A stretch of 64,000 nucleotides of DNA from NCBI RefSeq assembly GCF_030684315.1, contig NC_081370.1, positions 36,660,728 to 36,724,727 of the forward strand, written 5' to 3'. This stretch comes from Stegostoma tigrinum. Lineage: Eukaryota. This document shows, in pieces, positions 39,954-53,200 of the stretch; position 1 is the first letter of the stretch; each line of letters starts with the position of its first letter. The translations under genes were made by a program, and so were the position numbers. The notes beneath the pieces were generated by a model. That model did not search any database, was not told the origin of the DNA, and was given only the letters and a program-made list of their open reading frames with translations.

Positions 39954-40809
39954 TCAATCAGAGTTAACTCACTAACCCATCAGAACCCATAGTACACATC
40001 GTTGTGGTTGTTTGAAAATTGACATTCTTCTGTCTGCCCTGAGAGTATAAAATGATGAGTTTCAGCAAAACATGCCTCTTTTCAGCAGTATTCAATCCTT
40101 GTTTTAGCAGATGCAGACTAATAGTTTGAATGATTAGTAGAAAGAACCTTGGCATTTTTTGCATGGAACGGATTAACATGCAGAATATGGTGCTTATCAT
40201 GGAAGGGCTGATTCCTTTCTTGTTAAATATGTTGCTTGCATTTCCAAACTATAGTCATTGGAATCCCATTAATCACTCCATCACATTCAGGGCATTCAAC
40301 CTGTCTGTTTAAATATACTCACCTTGCCCATTTATTTACCAGGCTGATGCCAAATGAGATGAACTTGCATCAGGAACGTTTCAACACAACAACAAACTTG
40401 CATTTCTATATTATCCTTAATGTAGAAAAGCGTCCAAGGTACTTTACAAGGTAACGGTCAAACTAAATTTGATTCCAATCTTATAAGCAGATATTTGGTC
40501 AGGTGACCAAAAGTTTGGTCAGAGGTTGGTTTTAAGGATGGGCTTAAAGGAGGAGAGTGGGGTAGAGAGTTTTAGACAAGAATTCCAGAGTTTAGAGTTC
40601 AGGCAGGTGAAGGCACCCATGTTAGAGCGGTTAAAGTCAGGGATGCACAAGAGGCCAGGATTAGAGGAGGCCTGAGATCTTGAAAAACCCTATACTATTA
40701 ATTGACGATAATTACATGCGCACTCTGTCGCTGTTTGGATAGAACCTGTGTAACAGGAACTGAGTGGCTCAATAATTTATGAGCTCATTAGTAGTTTCTC
40801 TTTCCTTTA

Positions 40810-41157
40810 TACATTCACAGGATGAGGGTATCGCTGGCCAGGCATTTACTGTCCATCCCTAATTACCCAGACGGCAGTTAAGAGTCAACCACATTGCTGT
40901 GGGTCTGGAGCCATGCATAGACCAGACCAGGTAAGGATGGCAGTTTCCTTCCCTAAAGGACATTAATGAACCAGATGGATATTTTCCTGACAATCAGCAA
41001 TGGATTCTCAGTCGTCATTAGATTCTTAGTTCCCAGATATTTATTGAATTCAAATTCCACCATCTGCCATGGCAGGATTTGAACCCAGGTCCCCAGAATG
41101 TTATCTGGGTCTCTGGGTTAACAGTCCAGTGATAATACCACTTGGCCATTGCCTCCT
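40810..41157 (-). mobile_element. tRNA-derived SINE (same family as 53885-54235)
   Basis: rc head ggaggcaatggccaagtggtatta...gggttcaaatcc; LINE-like tail. Confidence 0.8.
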
Positions 41158-41574
41158 CCACTAGTAAATAAAAAGAGAAGATGCAGAAAATACTCAGCAG
41201 GTCAGGCAGCATTTACGGAGAAAAAAGGTAGAATTAACATTTCAAGTTGATGACCTTTCATCAGAGTAGAACATCAGAAAGCTCCACTCCAAGCCAAACA
41301 CCATCCTGACTTGTAACTATATTGCCATTCCTTCAATGCCAAAATCCTAGAACTCCCTTCCTAAGAACACTATGGATGTACCTAACACACATGAATGGCA
41401 GCAGTTCAAGAAAGCAGCTTTCAAGGGAAATTAGGGATGAGCAAGAAATACTGATCTAGTCAGTAACACCCAGATCCAGTGAATGTATACTCAAAAATTA
41501 TTATTCGGAACCAGCATCCATATGGAAGAAAAAGACCAAGGCTGGTATTAGCTGGTGGCTTTGTGATATGTTCA

Positions 41575-41850
41575 CGGAATCCCTACAGTGTGGAAGCAAG
41601 CCATTTGGCCCACTGAGTCCACACTGCAAACAGCATCTCACTCAGACCCACCCTATCCTTGTAACCCTGCATTTTCCATTCAGCTAACCTGCACACCCTA
41701 GGCAATTTAGCATTCCCAATTTACCTAACTTACACATTTTTGGGCTATGGGAGGAAACTGAGGCACCAAGAGGACAGACAGTTGCCCAAAGTTGGAATTG
41801 AACCCTGGTACCTGGAACTGAGAGGCATCAGTGCTAACTACTGAGCCGCA
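41575..41850 (-). mobile_element. HE1-type V-SINE
   Basis: rc of gctcagtagttagcactgatgcctc...ttcaattcc; CR1-derived tail ccacactgtagggattc. Confidence 0.8.
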
Positions 41851-42454
41851 GTGGACAGTAGGTTAAGATAGTGGAGTTTCCCAGTTCCAGAATAAATAAA
41901 TAACTGTTTCTTTTTTAAACAGCAACCGATCCACTTTCCGATGACCATGTAGGGTTAAAATCAATGTCTTGATTGGGAGCAGGCAGCCTGAAGACTGGCT
42001 ACCAGTAATCCTTTGGCAATATCCCTCTAAATATGAGCTATCCAAGGAAATAAGCCCACATCTAGGAGAATTTGTTCTTTTATAGTTTGAATCAATATGT
42101 TCCCTTGATAAGTGCACTGATTAGCAGCAGAGCTGCAGTAATGACTATTGGCTTGTGTGTCACTGTTGGTTTTGTAGAGCTGTTAAGTGCTGGCTTTGGA
42201 AGAGGTACTGAGCTGTAATCCTATCCCTTCCTGGAACAGAGCTGTTTTGATTTTCGAGCACACAAATTGTTTCTTTCATTTAAAGAAATGCTTGGAGAAA
42301 AGAGCTAGTATCAAAGCATTTTGTTGTTTTAATTGAAAAGGGTTATGTTGCCAATTTCTTGTTTGCTTCAACCCAAAGCTCCTCTTTGGAAGGCATTTTT
42401 AAAATCAATTAACCTTCAGGATGAAAGAAATAGTTCCAGAAACACACAAATTAG

Positions 42455-42845
42455 ACAGACCTGCATTTCTATAGCGCCTTTCATGAGTTCAAGACATCAC
42501 CAAGTGCTTTGCAGCCAGTTTTAAGGTATAGTAACTGCCATAATGTAGCAAACTGAGCAGACAACCTGTACATAGCAAGGACACAGCATGAGAGAATAAC
42601 CATACGATCTGTTTTGAGTGATGTTGGTTGAGGGATAAATATGGACCATGATATCAGGAAGAGCTCTCCTCCCTATGTCAATTTTATGCCTGTGGGATAT
42701 TTTACACCCGTCCACCTTCAACAATTCACCTCCGTGATTGTCATCTGTCAACAGTACAGCATTCCGTCCGTACTGCAATAGAATAGACATGAACCCAAAT
42801 CCTTCTGATTCAGGCAGTGCTTTCCAGTGAAGCGCAACCGACATG
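42455..42845 (-). mobile_element. DeuSINE (SacSINE1-like)
   Basis: rc of L2-like tail (tgcatttctatagcgcctttca), Deu domain (gtgatgttggttgagggataaatat) and tRNA-like head. Confidence 0.75.
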
Positions 42846-44096
42846 GGATTTGTTTCAACTGGGAAAGTCCATGATGTGGAGGTGACTGTTGGAATGGGGT
42901 GGAGAAGGCCAGAAATTGTACAACACCAGGTTATAGCCCAACAGGTTTATTTGAAAACACAAGCTTTCGGAGCCTCGGTCATTCTTCGGGTGCTAGTGAG
43001 AATTGGGAAAGGCACTGGGCTTGATTTTACCACCCAGGGATGTGAGCCCACAGGAGATGTGCTGATGGTAGCCGGGTGGGGGTGGGTGGAGACACAGCAA
43101 AATGAGAATCTGTCTGATCTCAAAATAGGGAAATTGACACCAGAGAGTCAGACTCCAGCTCTGATTTAGCACTCTTCCACACTAATTTGCAATTCTGGCT
43201 GCACACTTCTTTTTATCTAGAAAGTAATATGTTATTAAAAGGTGCTTTCTGCTGGTCATGTAGGACTAAATCTGGTGTTGAAACTCCAGTCCATGCCTTT
43301 GTAACATTCAAACTCAAATTACTTCTGGCTGCCTTCCTAACTTGCCTCCCTCCAGAAATATAAGCTCATTTAAAACTCTGCTGCCCATATTCTAAGTCAC
43401 ACCAAGTTGTCTTCAATTCTGCACCAGCTGTGCATTGAGTCCTTCAATTTTAAAATTCTCATCCTGCTTTTGCGGAGTAGACTTGATGGGCTGAATGGCC
43501 TAATTTTGTTCCTATATCAAATGGTCTTGCATTCAAGCATGCAGAGGGAATCAAATTTACAAAGAAGTACAAAAATTCTTAGAACAACATTGATATTCAC
43601 CTATTTTCTGGCTCAGCTAACTCCACAATGTCACCTCACTTGGTCTGGGCCATCAGATCATGCTGTGGGCTCCTGCTTGACATAGAAGAGACAGCGACCC
43701 AAGATGAACTGGCACCAAAAGATCTCCAGCTGGACCAAAGACACAAGAAACATGGAATACTTTCTTTGCCATTAATGTCCCTGGAAGCAGGGGTTATGAA
43801 GTCTAAGTAAGTCTTGAGTTGGTTTTATTAGTTTTCAGGAAGTTTGGGAAAACCATGCCAAGTATATGATATTACATTGTAAACAATGTGTCAATATTGC
43901 TGTGATATCAGTCTAATAGAAATCCGAAACTTGTCTTTCCTAAGGAACCTAGCTATCAATTTGCACTTGCACCTTACTGCTATTATCCAACTCAAATTTA
44001 GTACCTCTTATTAGGACAAGAGGTGATACAGTTTCCAATTTTAGGATTCAATAGAACTCGTGATAACATGGAGCATGACAAACTATTCCAGGATGA

Positions 44097-44454
44097 TGTT
44101 ATGGACCAGACCAAACCCCCTCAAAATATATTAAGAAGATAGCCCAGATCCTAACAGTTTCATATTTTACAGGCAATTACCAGGCATTGCATTCTGGATG
44201 CCATTTGATTGGTCGAGCTATCAGATTTGAAGCAGAATACACTTTATTCATACACTATATTTAAAATACAAAACAAAAGAAAATGGAATAACTTAGCCCT
44301 ACTGGAAAACTGAACAGAATTATAGATTATCTAACTATGAAACAATAACTGTTTTAATACAGTAACATCCCATAAACAGTCCCTTGACAAATGCAAATCC
44401 AGCAAAATTCTCAGGCAATTCTCTGGTCCAGGAAGAAAACACCAAGAGAAAACT

Positions 44455-44531
<77 letters not shown>

Positions 44532-44815
44532 AAGAGAAAGAGTCAGGGAGAGATGTACTGCATCTTCCAAACCTGGCTTCAAGACCCCAATAACTGCTAC
44601 TACTGAAAAACCAAAACTAAAAATCCTGGTTCTGTGGGAGCTTGCCCCACCCTTCATGCTGCTTCTATTGTTCCTACTTTAAAAAAAAATTCCCAAGGCC
44701 TCACAAGCTGTTTGTTTTATAGGCTTACAATAGACAACTTTGTACCTCTATCTCAAACCTCTCTTCAAAACAAAACAGGGCAAAGTACACCTCTTAAAGC
44801 CAAAGGATCGTCACA
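44097..44815 (-). mobile_element. Probable solo LTR (TG...CA), related to 29799-30405
   Basis: TGTTATGG...GTCACA termini; shared terminal homology; no clear TSD. Confidence 0.55.
44457..44531. repeat. (GA)n microsatellite inside the LTR
   Basis: ~75 bp of GA with one interruption. Confidence 0.98.
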
Positions 44816-45666
44816 TTAGTAAGACCAGAGGACAGGGGTCAGTTTGAAATGAATAAAATCAATCTACTCTGTGAGAAAAATATTTCAGTGATTGACGAGT
44901 CATTCGAGAGAACAATTTCCAAGGGAGATTGGAACTGTTTATTCAATGACCTCCAAGACTGATTGGTATCATTCAGCAAATAACATGTAACAGTGTCATG
45001 AGCAATTTGAAACATGACAAATGTAACAAGCTGGGAAGGGCCAGCTGATTTTGGACCTATACTTTTCAAAGATCTCCATCACTGAGGGTTTGCCTTACCT
45101 CAGATCTAGCTGTTTTGTTGACTCACTGACAGGTACTGATTAGTGTAGGTAACTTGTAAAGGAATGAGATAGTGATCTATATGATGCTGTACCAGTGACA
45201 GCAGCAGTCATGTATTCAACTCTGAGAAGACAACAAAGGAACAGTCTATTGCCAGAGGCCGATTTACCACCTCGCTGTCAGGTACGTATCACAATGTAAA
45301 TAAAACAAAATCTGTGAGAGTCGGAATAGTCACTCTTAGGCAAGGAAACCTTCCCAATATATACCATACCATAAATTATCCATGGAGACATCCAAATAAG
45401 GTCCAAAAGTGGAACCAAACCAAGTCCATTATCATCTGACTACAGGGCTAGATGGACCTTGGACATTATTGGCAGCCAATTTTATTGTTCCAGTTGGGGA
45501 GAGCCTACTTCTTTCCTGTGGGAGTTCTGCCAACATCACACAGGAGTTAAGGCAGATGGTTTAAGTGGATCACCCCTCACAAGATCCCAGGAAATTCACG
45601 GTCACCTCTGTTCTGCTACATGCTGGAAAACCAAACAACTACACCATTGTTCTCCATACAACATAC

Positions 45667-45862
45667 CCATCAGGTCGAAGGTCAGGGATGGACCTGTCCA
45701 ATGGCAGCCGGTCGCTGAGGTAGCTATTGTAGCCATAGTATTGGAACTTCTTCAAAGCGACCCTCCGATTTTCAGGGGAAAGGTCGTGGCCCCAGTGAGT
45801 GAAGAGTAAGGAATCAGTAAAGGCATCAGCAGCTATGTTCTCCTCTAGCTTCTGTGGAACCT
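45667..45862 (-). CDS. GALNT18: GALNT18-like coding exon (probable exon 2), not in ORF track
   Basis: Minus strand: cctttctttccag|AG GTT CCA...GAT GG|gtatgt. Translates (E)VPQKLEENIAADAFTDSLLFTHWGHDLSPENRRVALKKFQYYGYNSYLSDRLPLDRSIPDLRPDG, matching the GALNT18 stem region (F..YGYN.YLSDRLPLDR..PDLRP). Confidence 0.93.
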
Positions 45863-47234
45863 CTGGAAAGAAAGGGGAAAAAATTTACATTGATATAACG
45901 CTTTTCATGTCCTTGGGCCCTTCCAAAGTGTTTGCAGCTTTGAAGTGTGGTCACTGATGCACAGTGGGCATGTCTGATGGGTAAAATGAGGTAGTACATC
46001 AGAAATTTTAATGGCAAAAAGATGCTTAAGCAGATAAACAAGTTATTTCACAACAATGTGAGCATTGTTTATTCTTAAGCTGTATTTCTGGGTAATGCCA
46101 CCAATAGGTGGAGCATTGCAGTCCCCGAGTGATGTGAGATGCTCGTCGACAAAGTGGCTAAATGACTTTGAGACTGAAAATCATTGGAAGCAGGGAACAA
46201 GTAACCAGTCAGCAGCAATTGCTCACATTAAATTTTAATCTAGCTATAAAATCCATGAAAGCATAGCAACAATTTATAATCAGTCTGCAAATTTCTTTGT
46301 AAATTGTTCTTCTGGTGACTGATAAGAAGTTTTGTCTCTGAGAAGTTGTAGTATGATGTTACCTGACCATTAATCAGCTTTCTTTTCACTGAAACTAGGG
46401 TCTCTCCTGCCAAAGAAATGTATAGACTATAAATACGATTTGTGTAATTGCTGCTGTGATTCCCTGGACCTGACAACTCATTTAAAATTTAATGTTGTAA
46501 TGGCGTGATATCACAGGTGCTATTGGAATACAATGTCCGTTTTTGTTGTCAGGAACATACACTCCATTATTCTCAGCACACCAGGGTTAAATAGCATTTC
46601 TGCAGTAAAACTTCACCAACCAGACAGGCAGCATGGAAATGTAAACACTAGGATTTAAGAGTTAGAGACTTTGGACCCAAATTCCCACAATGTGGCTCTG
46701 AAAGCTGCAGATCCAGCCCATATGGGAAGTATAAATATTTGTTGAATTGTCCTTTTGTAAATATCACATTTAAACCCTTTGCTGCATCACCTTCCCGAGG
46801 TTATATGAGTGTGGGGTCTGAGAGTTATTGAAGAAGCATCAAGCAAAAATGTTCCAGTCACATAGGGAGGACTTTGGTTCTACTCCTGGCCATCAATTTG
46901 ATTTGCTTGACTAAAACTTGCATTTCACTTGCACTTTTCACAGCCCTCCTTAAAACTCTCTGCATCTCTACCTTGCTCTCCTTCTTTAGGATGACCTTTA
47001 GAAACTACTTCTTGATCACATTTGATACCTGAAGTTCCTGTGAAGTGCCTTTGGTTGTCTAAAATGTTGAGGACAATGTATTGAGGAATATCATTTCTTA
47101 CCATTCTGAGTAAAGCACTATCTCATCAAAATCAGTTGATCAAAGGGTGGTGGAAGGAAAGGTTTCAGCGTGGAACTGGGAGTTGAACATGAGGAATGGG
47201 GGGTGATTGGAGCGAGTCAGGAGCAGAAGAGCAG

Positions 47235-47555
47235 CGCTTGTTAGCAATGCTGCCTCACAGCACCAGAGACTCCGGTTTGATTCCACCCTCGGGTGACTGT
47301 CTGAGTGGAGTTTGCACGTTCCCTCTGTGTCTGCACGGGTTTCCTCCCACAGTCCAGAGATGCGCAGGATTGGTAGATTAGCCATGCTAAATTGCCCGTA
47401 GTGACCAGGGATGTGTAACTTAGGTGGATTAGTCACGGGAAATGCAGGGTGACAGGGAATAAAGTTGGGGGGGAATGGGTCTGAATGAGATGCGCTTCGG
47501 AAGGTCAGATGCAGACTCAAAGGGCCAAATGGCCTGCTTCTGCAGTGTAGGGATT
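47235..47555 (+). mobile_element. HE1-type V-SINE
   Basis: ttagcaatgctgcctcacagcacc...ggagtttgcacgttcc...ggccaaatggcctg...gtagggatt. Confidence 0.85.
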
Positions 47556-48436
47556 GTCTGAGGATTTTGAGGTTGCAGTGAGTCGGGGGATGATTGAGAT
47601 GAGTTGGGGGACTGAGACAGCAAGAGATTGAGAATGGGACTGTTGATGTAACTAAAGAAAAGGTGTCTTCTTTCCCTACTATAGCAATTGCACAATCCTA
47701 ATCCATCAGTTTCCCAAATAAAACATGGCTTCTGAAAAAGCAAAACAAGACCTGAAAGGAAAAGCTTTAAATTTCGGCCTGGCCTTTCTGAAATTCCAGC
47801 TAAGATACTCAACTGCACCAGAGTGGGAATCTCACGTTGCAGCAGGAATTCAAGCTTTTGTGAACAGAGTCAGGAGACTGAAACTTTCTGACCCAAAGCC
47901 TCCCTCAGTCAAGATGTCTGTTACCGAGACATTTGCAAAGCTTAAAAACTAACAGCTCCTCAGATGTTGGATCAGTTAACAACAGGATATTTCTGACACA
48001 AAGGAAGTCTGGGTCAAGGTAATCCACAGCTGAAGGCAGTCTACTTTAATTAATTGTATCTCTGTTCAATGGGTTCATTGTGTGATCAACCTGATGCAAA
48101 GTGAATGAATTTAACATGAGTCGTATTCCCAACACCACAGTCAAAGCAAATCCTTCCCAAAATGACAAGGTAAATACCTGACAAGGTCATTATTTTAAAT
48201 GCTGGGGAATGTAACATTCCTGTGCATGCATCTTGCAAAGAGGCTGCAGACATGTAGAAAACAAAATCAAACATAACCTTAGCTGAAGGAAAGTAAGGAA
48301 TGAAATCATAAACTACCTCTCTGACTGTTCTGCATCCTACATCCACTCGAGAGAATTCACAGAAACTTTCTGTAAAGGTCAGTAAAGAGTAATGGCAAAG
48401 GTTAAACAGAAATTTAAAGAAAGGCTAGTTGAGGCT

Positions 48437-48738
48437 TAGTGGCTCAGTGGTTAGCACTATTATCTCACAGCACCAGGGATCTGGGTTTGATTCCAGCCTC
48501 AGGTGATTGTCTGTGTGGAGTTTGCACATTTTCCTCAAATCTGTGTGGGTGTGCTCTGGTTTCCTCCCACTGTGCAAGATGGGCAGTCTCGGTGGATTGG
48601 CTGTGCTAAATTGCCCATTGTGTTCAGGTATGTGTAGAATAGTCGAGTTATGACAGATGGGTCTGGGTGGGATGCTCTGAGGGTCAGTGCGGACTTGTTG
48701 GGCCAAAGGGCCTGTTTCCACACTGTAGGGAATCTATG
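48437..48738 (+). mobile_element. HE1-type V-SINE
   Basis: A box gtggctcagtgg, B box ggtttgattcc, V domain gtgtggagtttgcacatt, tail gggcctgtttccacactgtaggga. Confidence 0.88.
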
Positions 48739-49439
48739 AAGAGTGCTGACAGCTTCATGGTCACATTTACTAGGGCAGATTTTTAAACAATGAAATCTAA
48801 ATTGTTAAAAGCCGACAAAGGATTTGAACTGTCAGTGTTCTGGTTACTAACACTGGAGTTTGAATGAACGCGCTGGTGAATGAATCACTTTAGCACTGCA
48901 CCAGAAATCAACCTCCACTTCCATCTTTGTTCATGCATTGAGAACACTTTGTTTTTATTAGGTGAGTCCTCAAGAAATAGGACTTCAGTTACTTCAAATT
49001 ATCCATAGCCTCAAATGATCTGTCACTTCAAAAAACATTGAATTGATCTAGCACCTTTCACAACTTCAGAAAGTTCCAAAACACATCACACAAATCAAAA
49101 GCCTCTTGAAGCCTAGTGCAAGAAATATCAGTCAGTTTACACATAGCATGTTCTTGCAAATAACAAACTGGTAATGATCAGATTATAAATATTTTAATTC
49201 TGTTGACGGTGACATAAATATTGCCCAGGCCACAGGAGGAAATGCCCTACACTACTTAAAGTTCATTAGAGAAGGCAGACAGAGCCTGGATTTTAGATTA
49301 CAAGGTGTAGAGTTGGATGAACACAGCAGGCCAAGCAACATCAGAGCAGCAGGAAGGCTGACATTTTGGGCCTAACTTAGGTTTAAGTTCCTTCCAAAAG
49401 ACAAAACCACTCCAACTGTTTACTTCCTGAATACAGCCT

Positions 49440-49830
49440 CTCCAACAGTGTCGCACCCCCTCAGTGTGGGCCGCTGACGGTGCAGTGCTCCCTCAGCATA
49501 GCCCATCTAACAGTGCAGCACACCCTCAATATTGCCCCTCTGACAGTACAGCAGTCCCTCAATACTGACCCTCTCACAGTGCAGCGTTCCCTCAGTACTG
49601 ACCCTCTGACAGTACAGTGTTCCCCCAGTACTGACCCTCTGACAGTACAGCGTTCCGTCAATACTGACTCTTTGACAGTGCAGTGCTTTCTCGGTACTGA
49701 CCCTCTCACAGTGCAGCGCTCCCTCAGTACTGACTCTCTGACAGTACAGCAGTCCCTCAGTACTGACTCTCTGACAGTACAGCGGTCCCTCAGTACTGAC
49801 TCTTCAACAATGTTATGCTCCCTCAATTCC
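49440..49830. repeat. 33-bp minisatellite inside a minus-strand DeuSINE (~49040-49880)
   Basis: About 11 units of cagtactgaccctctgacagtrcagcrytccct. The host SINE also carries a PLE fragment at ~49297-49375. Confidence 0.9.
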
Positions 49831-50269
49831 TTCTCTCCGGCAGAGCAGCTCCCTGGTACTGCATTGGAAGTGTCAACTAGATTGTAACATAAATATTCAT
49901 GACAAAAAAATATTGCCCTCAAGTTAAACTGCAAGTTTCTCCTTACGTGTGTAGGAGGATGTAAGCTCAGGAGCTGGATTTCTGCAATGAACATGCATAT
50001 GTTTGTATCAACAACTCTGCAAATGCGATCATGGATATCAACACTCAATTTTGGATCTAATTGTAAGCTGTACCAAAATATAAGACAACATCTGTTTTCC
50101 TCTAAAGCCTGCACATAGATGGAACGAACATGTTTCTGTTGCCAGCTGTTCATAGAAATGAGACATCACAAATGACAGCTGTTATAGGGATTGTAGTGTA
50201 ATGGGAATGTTATTGGGTGTTGCTATGAACAAGTGAGGAGGGATGAATCAGCTTGCTTCTTTTTAAACT

Positions 50270-53200
50270 GCTTAGTCAGCCGCAACAAAGATATTTAACT
50301 TTTTTTTAGCAGGCAGCTCTGTTACATTTCAGAGAGTGTTGTTCCTGGATCAGTAGTTGATCCATTGGTGGTCAGAGTTGTTCTATTTCTGTTGTTTGGT
50401 TGCTGGGGATCTCTGGGTCTGATGGTCGCTGGCTGTTCTGTGCAAGTGGTGTGTTCAGCTCTTCATGGTCAGTTGCCTGCAGTTGAGGAGCCGCTCCTGC
50501 AGTCGGACTTAGTTGTCTTGCAATTCTAACAATGTAGCAATATGTTCACTCCCACTGAGTACTACCGAAGTGACAATTGCCCCTCTCAGGTGCCAAGTTA
50601 CCACATGGGCTGGCCTTTGTTGAGGTGGTTGAATGCTTGTACCCTGACTGGGTCTCTTGTCCTCAACTCTGACAATGGGTTCGTCAAAATGAAAATGCAA
50701 TGTCAAAGTGAAAATGAAATTTGGGTTGCTGCTATTTCACCTGAGTTTTTCCATTCACACAAGTCACTACTTCCAGCTTTAGTAGCATTTTTACTATTGG
50801 AAGAATAGTATGCCTTCAGTATGTGTGTTTCCTCATTCAAGAATTGCCTTGTATACATCTGTGTAGGATTTATCAGGTTTCCTTATGATCCCTTTCGTAA
50901 TTTTTACTGCCACCTCAGCCTTTCCATTTGACCAGGGATTGTGTGGGAATGATGTGTCATGTTCAATTTCCCAGTTTTTCATGAAGTGACTGGAACCTTC
51001 TCCTCCTAAACTGAGGGCCTTTGTTGCTCATGACAATGTCAGGTATGCCATAAGATTGAACTATGCTTTCAAGCATTTGACAATCCTAGCAGTCGTCCTT
51101 GAAGTCAATTGGTCCACTTGCCAGCAGAATAGTAGTCAACTGTGACAAGTTCATCAATTCCTGAGAGAGTGAAGGGATCTTCTGTTATCAGTGTCCCTCA
51201 AGCTTACTTAGCTTGATACTCATTGTAAGCACTGCGCTGGCTGATGTGATCCTTGATTCTGTTGCTCATGTTCGGCCAGTAGAATATATCTTTTATTGCC
51301 TTCCTGTTCATTGCTGGCCTGCATGGATGAGCTTCGGCATCTCTCCTCTCAGCTCCTCCTTCAGGACAATGACTCTATTTCTTCTATACAACATGCCACC
51401 TTGTGCTGCCAAATCATCTCGATATGCCTAGTGTGCTGTTATAGAAACTGGTGTGTACTTGATTTTGTCTGGCCACTATTTTATCACTACTTCTTGTAAC
51501 ACTTGGTGATCTGTATTTTCTTGGGCAGCATGTTTAATATGGGCAATGTGCTCGTCTGTTAAATTGTCTGCTGGGTTGGGTTGATGACTTCCACAGTGTG
51601 ATGAGCTGTAGCTTCACCTTGAGTCTGGAAGGTTTTACAATCTGTTGTAGCATTCTCCACTTTTCTCAGTGGGAGGGCTGCTTTTGACGGCAGTCTGCAA
51701 TATGCATCTGCTTTCTTCACTTGTATGTTACATCCAAATTGTATCTCTGTAACTGGAATCACATTTTTTGCAGATGCTTTCGAACAGATGGTAATGGCTT
51801 GAGGAAAATACTCTGAAGTGCCTTGTGGATGGACTTGATTATCACTTTGTGTCTTCGAAGCAGCTATTGTTGAAAATGTTCACAATTTAGGACAGTGGCC
51901 AGGCACTCTTTCTCAATCTGGATATAACATCTTTCTGATTGTGTTAGCGCCCTGGATGTAAATATAACTACTGGACCTTGCTGCTTGAGGTTCAAGTCCT
52001 GCAGTCACTGCAGGGTGACTTCATCATTTCCTTTATTGTATTTCAGCATTGGCACTGCTATCACTAGTTACTTGATTCTAATGAATGCTGCTTCTTGTAT
52101 TATGTCCCAATATCCCTGCACTTACTTGGCTGTCACTTAGTGTAATGGTTCACATTCCAATGATAAGCTGGACAAGAATTTTGCAAAATAATTAATGAAT
52201 CTAACAAATCATTGTACTATTTTTTACAACTGTTTACAGTTGTATCACTGATACAGCCCTCACCTTTCTGGGGCAAAGATATTTTGCTGTCAGCACATGG
52301 CATACATACTCGACTTCAGGCATCTTGAATTATAATCTTTTCCTTGTCCAACTTCAGATCCAGCTGACAAGTTCAGTTGAGCAGTCACAATACATTTTGA
52401 TCATGATCAACAATGGGTCCTTCTATTGTGACTCCACACCTATAAATTAGCAGATCATCCATTAGAGATTCCACACTGGGAAGATCATGTCTGCATTCTT
52501 CTGGAGCTGTGGATATGCCAGATGGCATGTGCAACAAGTCGTATCTCCTGCAGAATATCCAGAACACAGATGCTGCTTCCACCTAGCTTCATTTGTAAGA
52601 AATCAACCTTCACATCAGAGTGGTGAAGTTATTTGCCTTTGCAAATTGTGGCAAAATTCCTTCACTAGTTAGTGTTGATGGTGAGATCTCTTCGGGGATT
52701 TAGTTAGTTTTTTTTGGATGACTGCATGCTCTCAGCTTTCCACTGATATGATGCTGCTCATCCATTCTGTAGAATCTGTCACTTCCTTGATCATTCCTTT
52801 CCTTTTCTAGCTCTTCCATCTTATCTTTCAATCTGGCCTTGAGGGCAGCTGGAACTTTTCTCAGCAGATGCTAAATTGGTCTTGAATTCTCATCTACTTC
52901 AAGATGACATTCTCCTGGAGGTATGCAAAGCCTGTGAACACAAATGGTATAGGCCCGAAATGTCAGCTTTCCTGCTCCTGGGGTGCTGCTTGGCCTGCTG
53001 GGTTCATCCAGCTCCACACCTTGTTATGTCTTTGTGCTGATCTAGGATGTGTTCTAGGACCAGTGGTTTAATGTGCTGGAACACATTGCTAATCTTTGAC
53101 GCATTAAGAGACACCAATTCAAGCTTTAGAGTCACTCCAACTCAGGTGAATGACATTTAGTAGCCACATGGGACCCCAGATCCTCATTGGCGTTATTACA

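Larger units (their letters stand above)
12711..45862 (-). other. GALNT18: Partial multi-exon gene: polypeptide N-acetylgalactosaminyltransferase 18 (-like), internal exons (probably 2-6); gene extends beyond both window ends
   Basis: Five GT/AG exons (196+167+184+198+115 nt) splice in one frame without stops. The product covers the stem and GT-A catalytic domain with the DxH (FDAH) and YGGEN motifs. Introns are 9819, 7015, 13031 and 2427 nt. Orthologue versus paralogue status not tested. Confidence 0.88.

Noticed and set aside
44331-44657. ER-rich and LS-rich ORFs
   Set aside because: Translations of a (GA)n microsatellite.
45459-45809. 116-aa plus-strand ORF (also 28577-28912) as antisense genes
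   Set aside because: Shadows overlapping real minus-strand exons; no recognisable domain.
48437-48500. tRNA gene
   Set aside because: The A/B boxes belong to a SINE head that continues into the V domain and CR1 tail; no complete cloverleaf.
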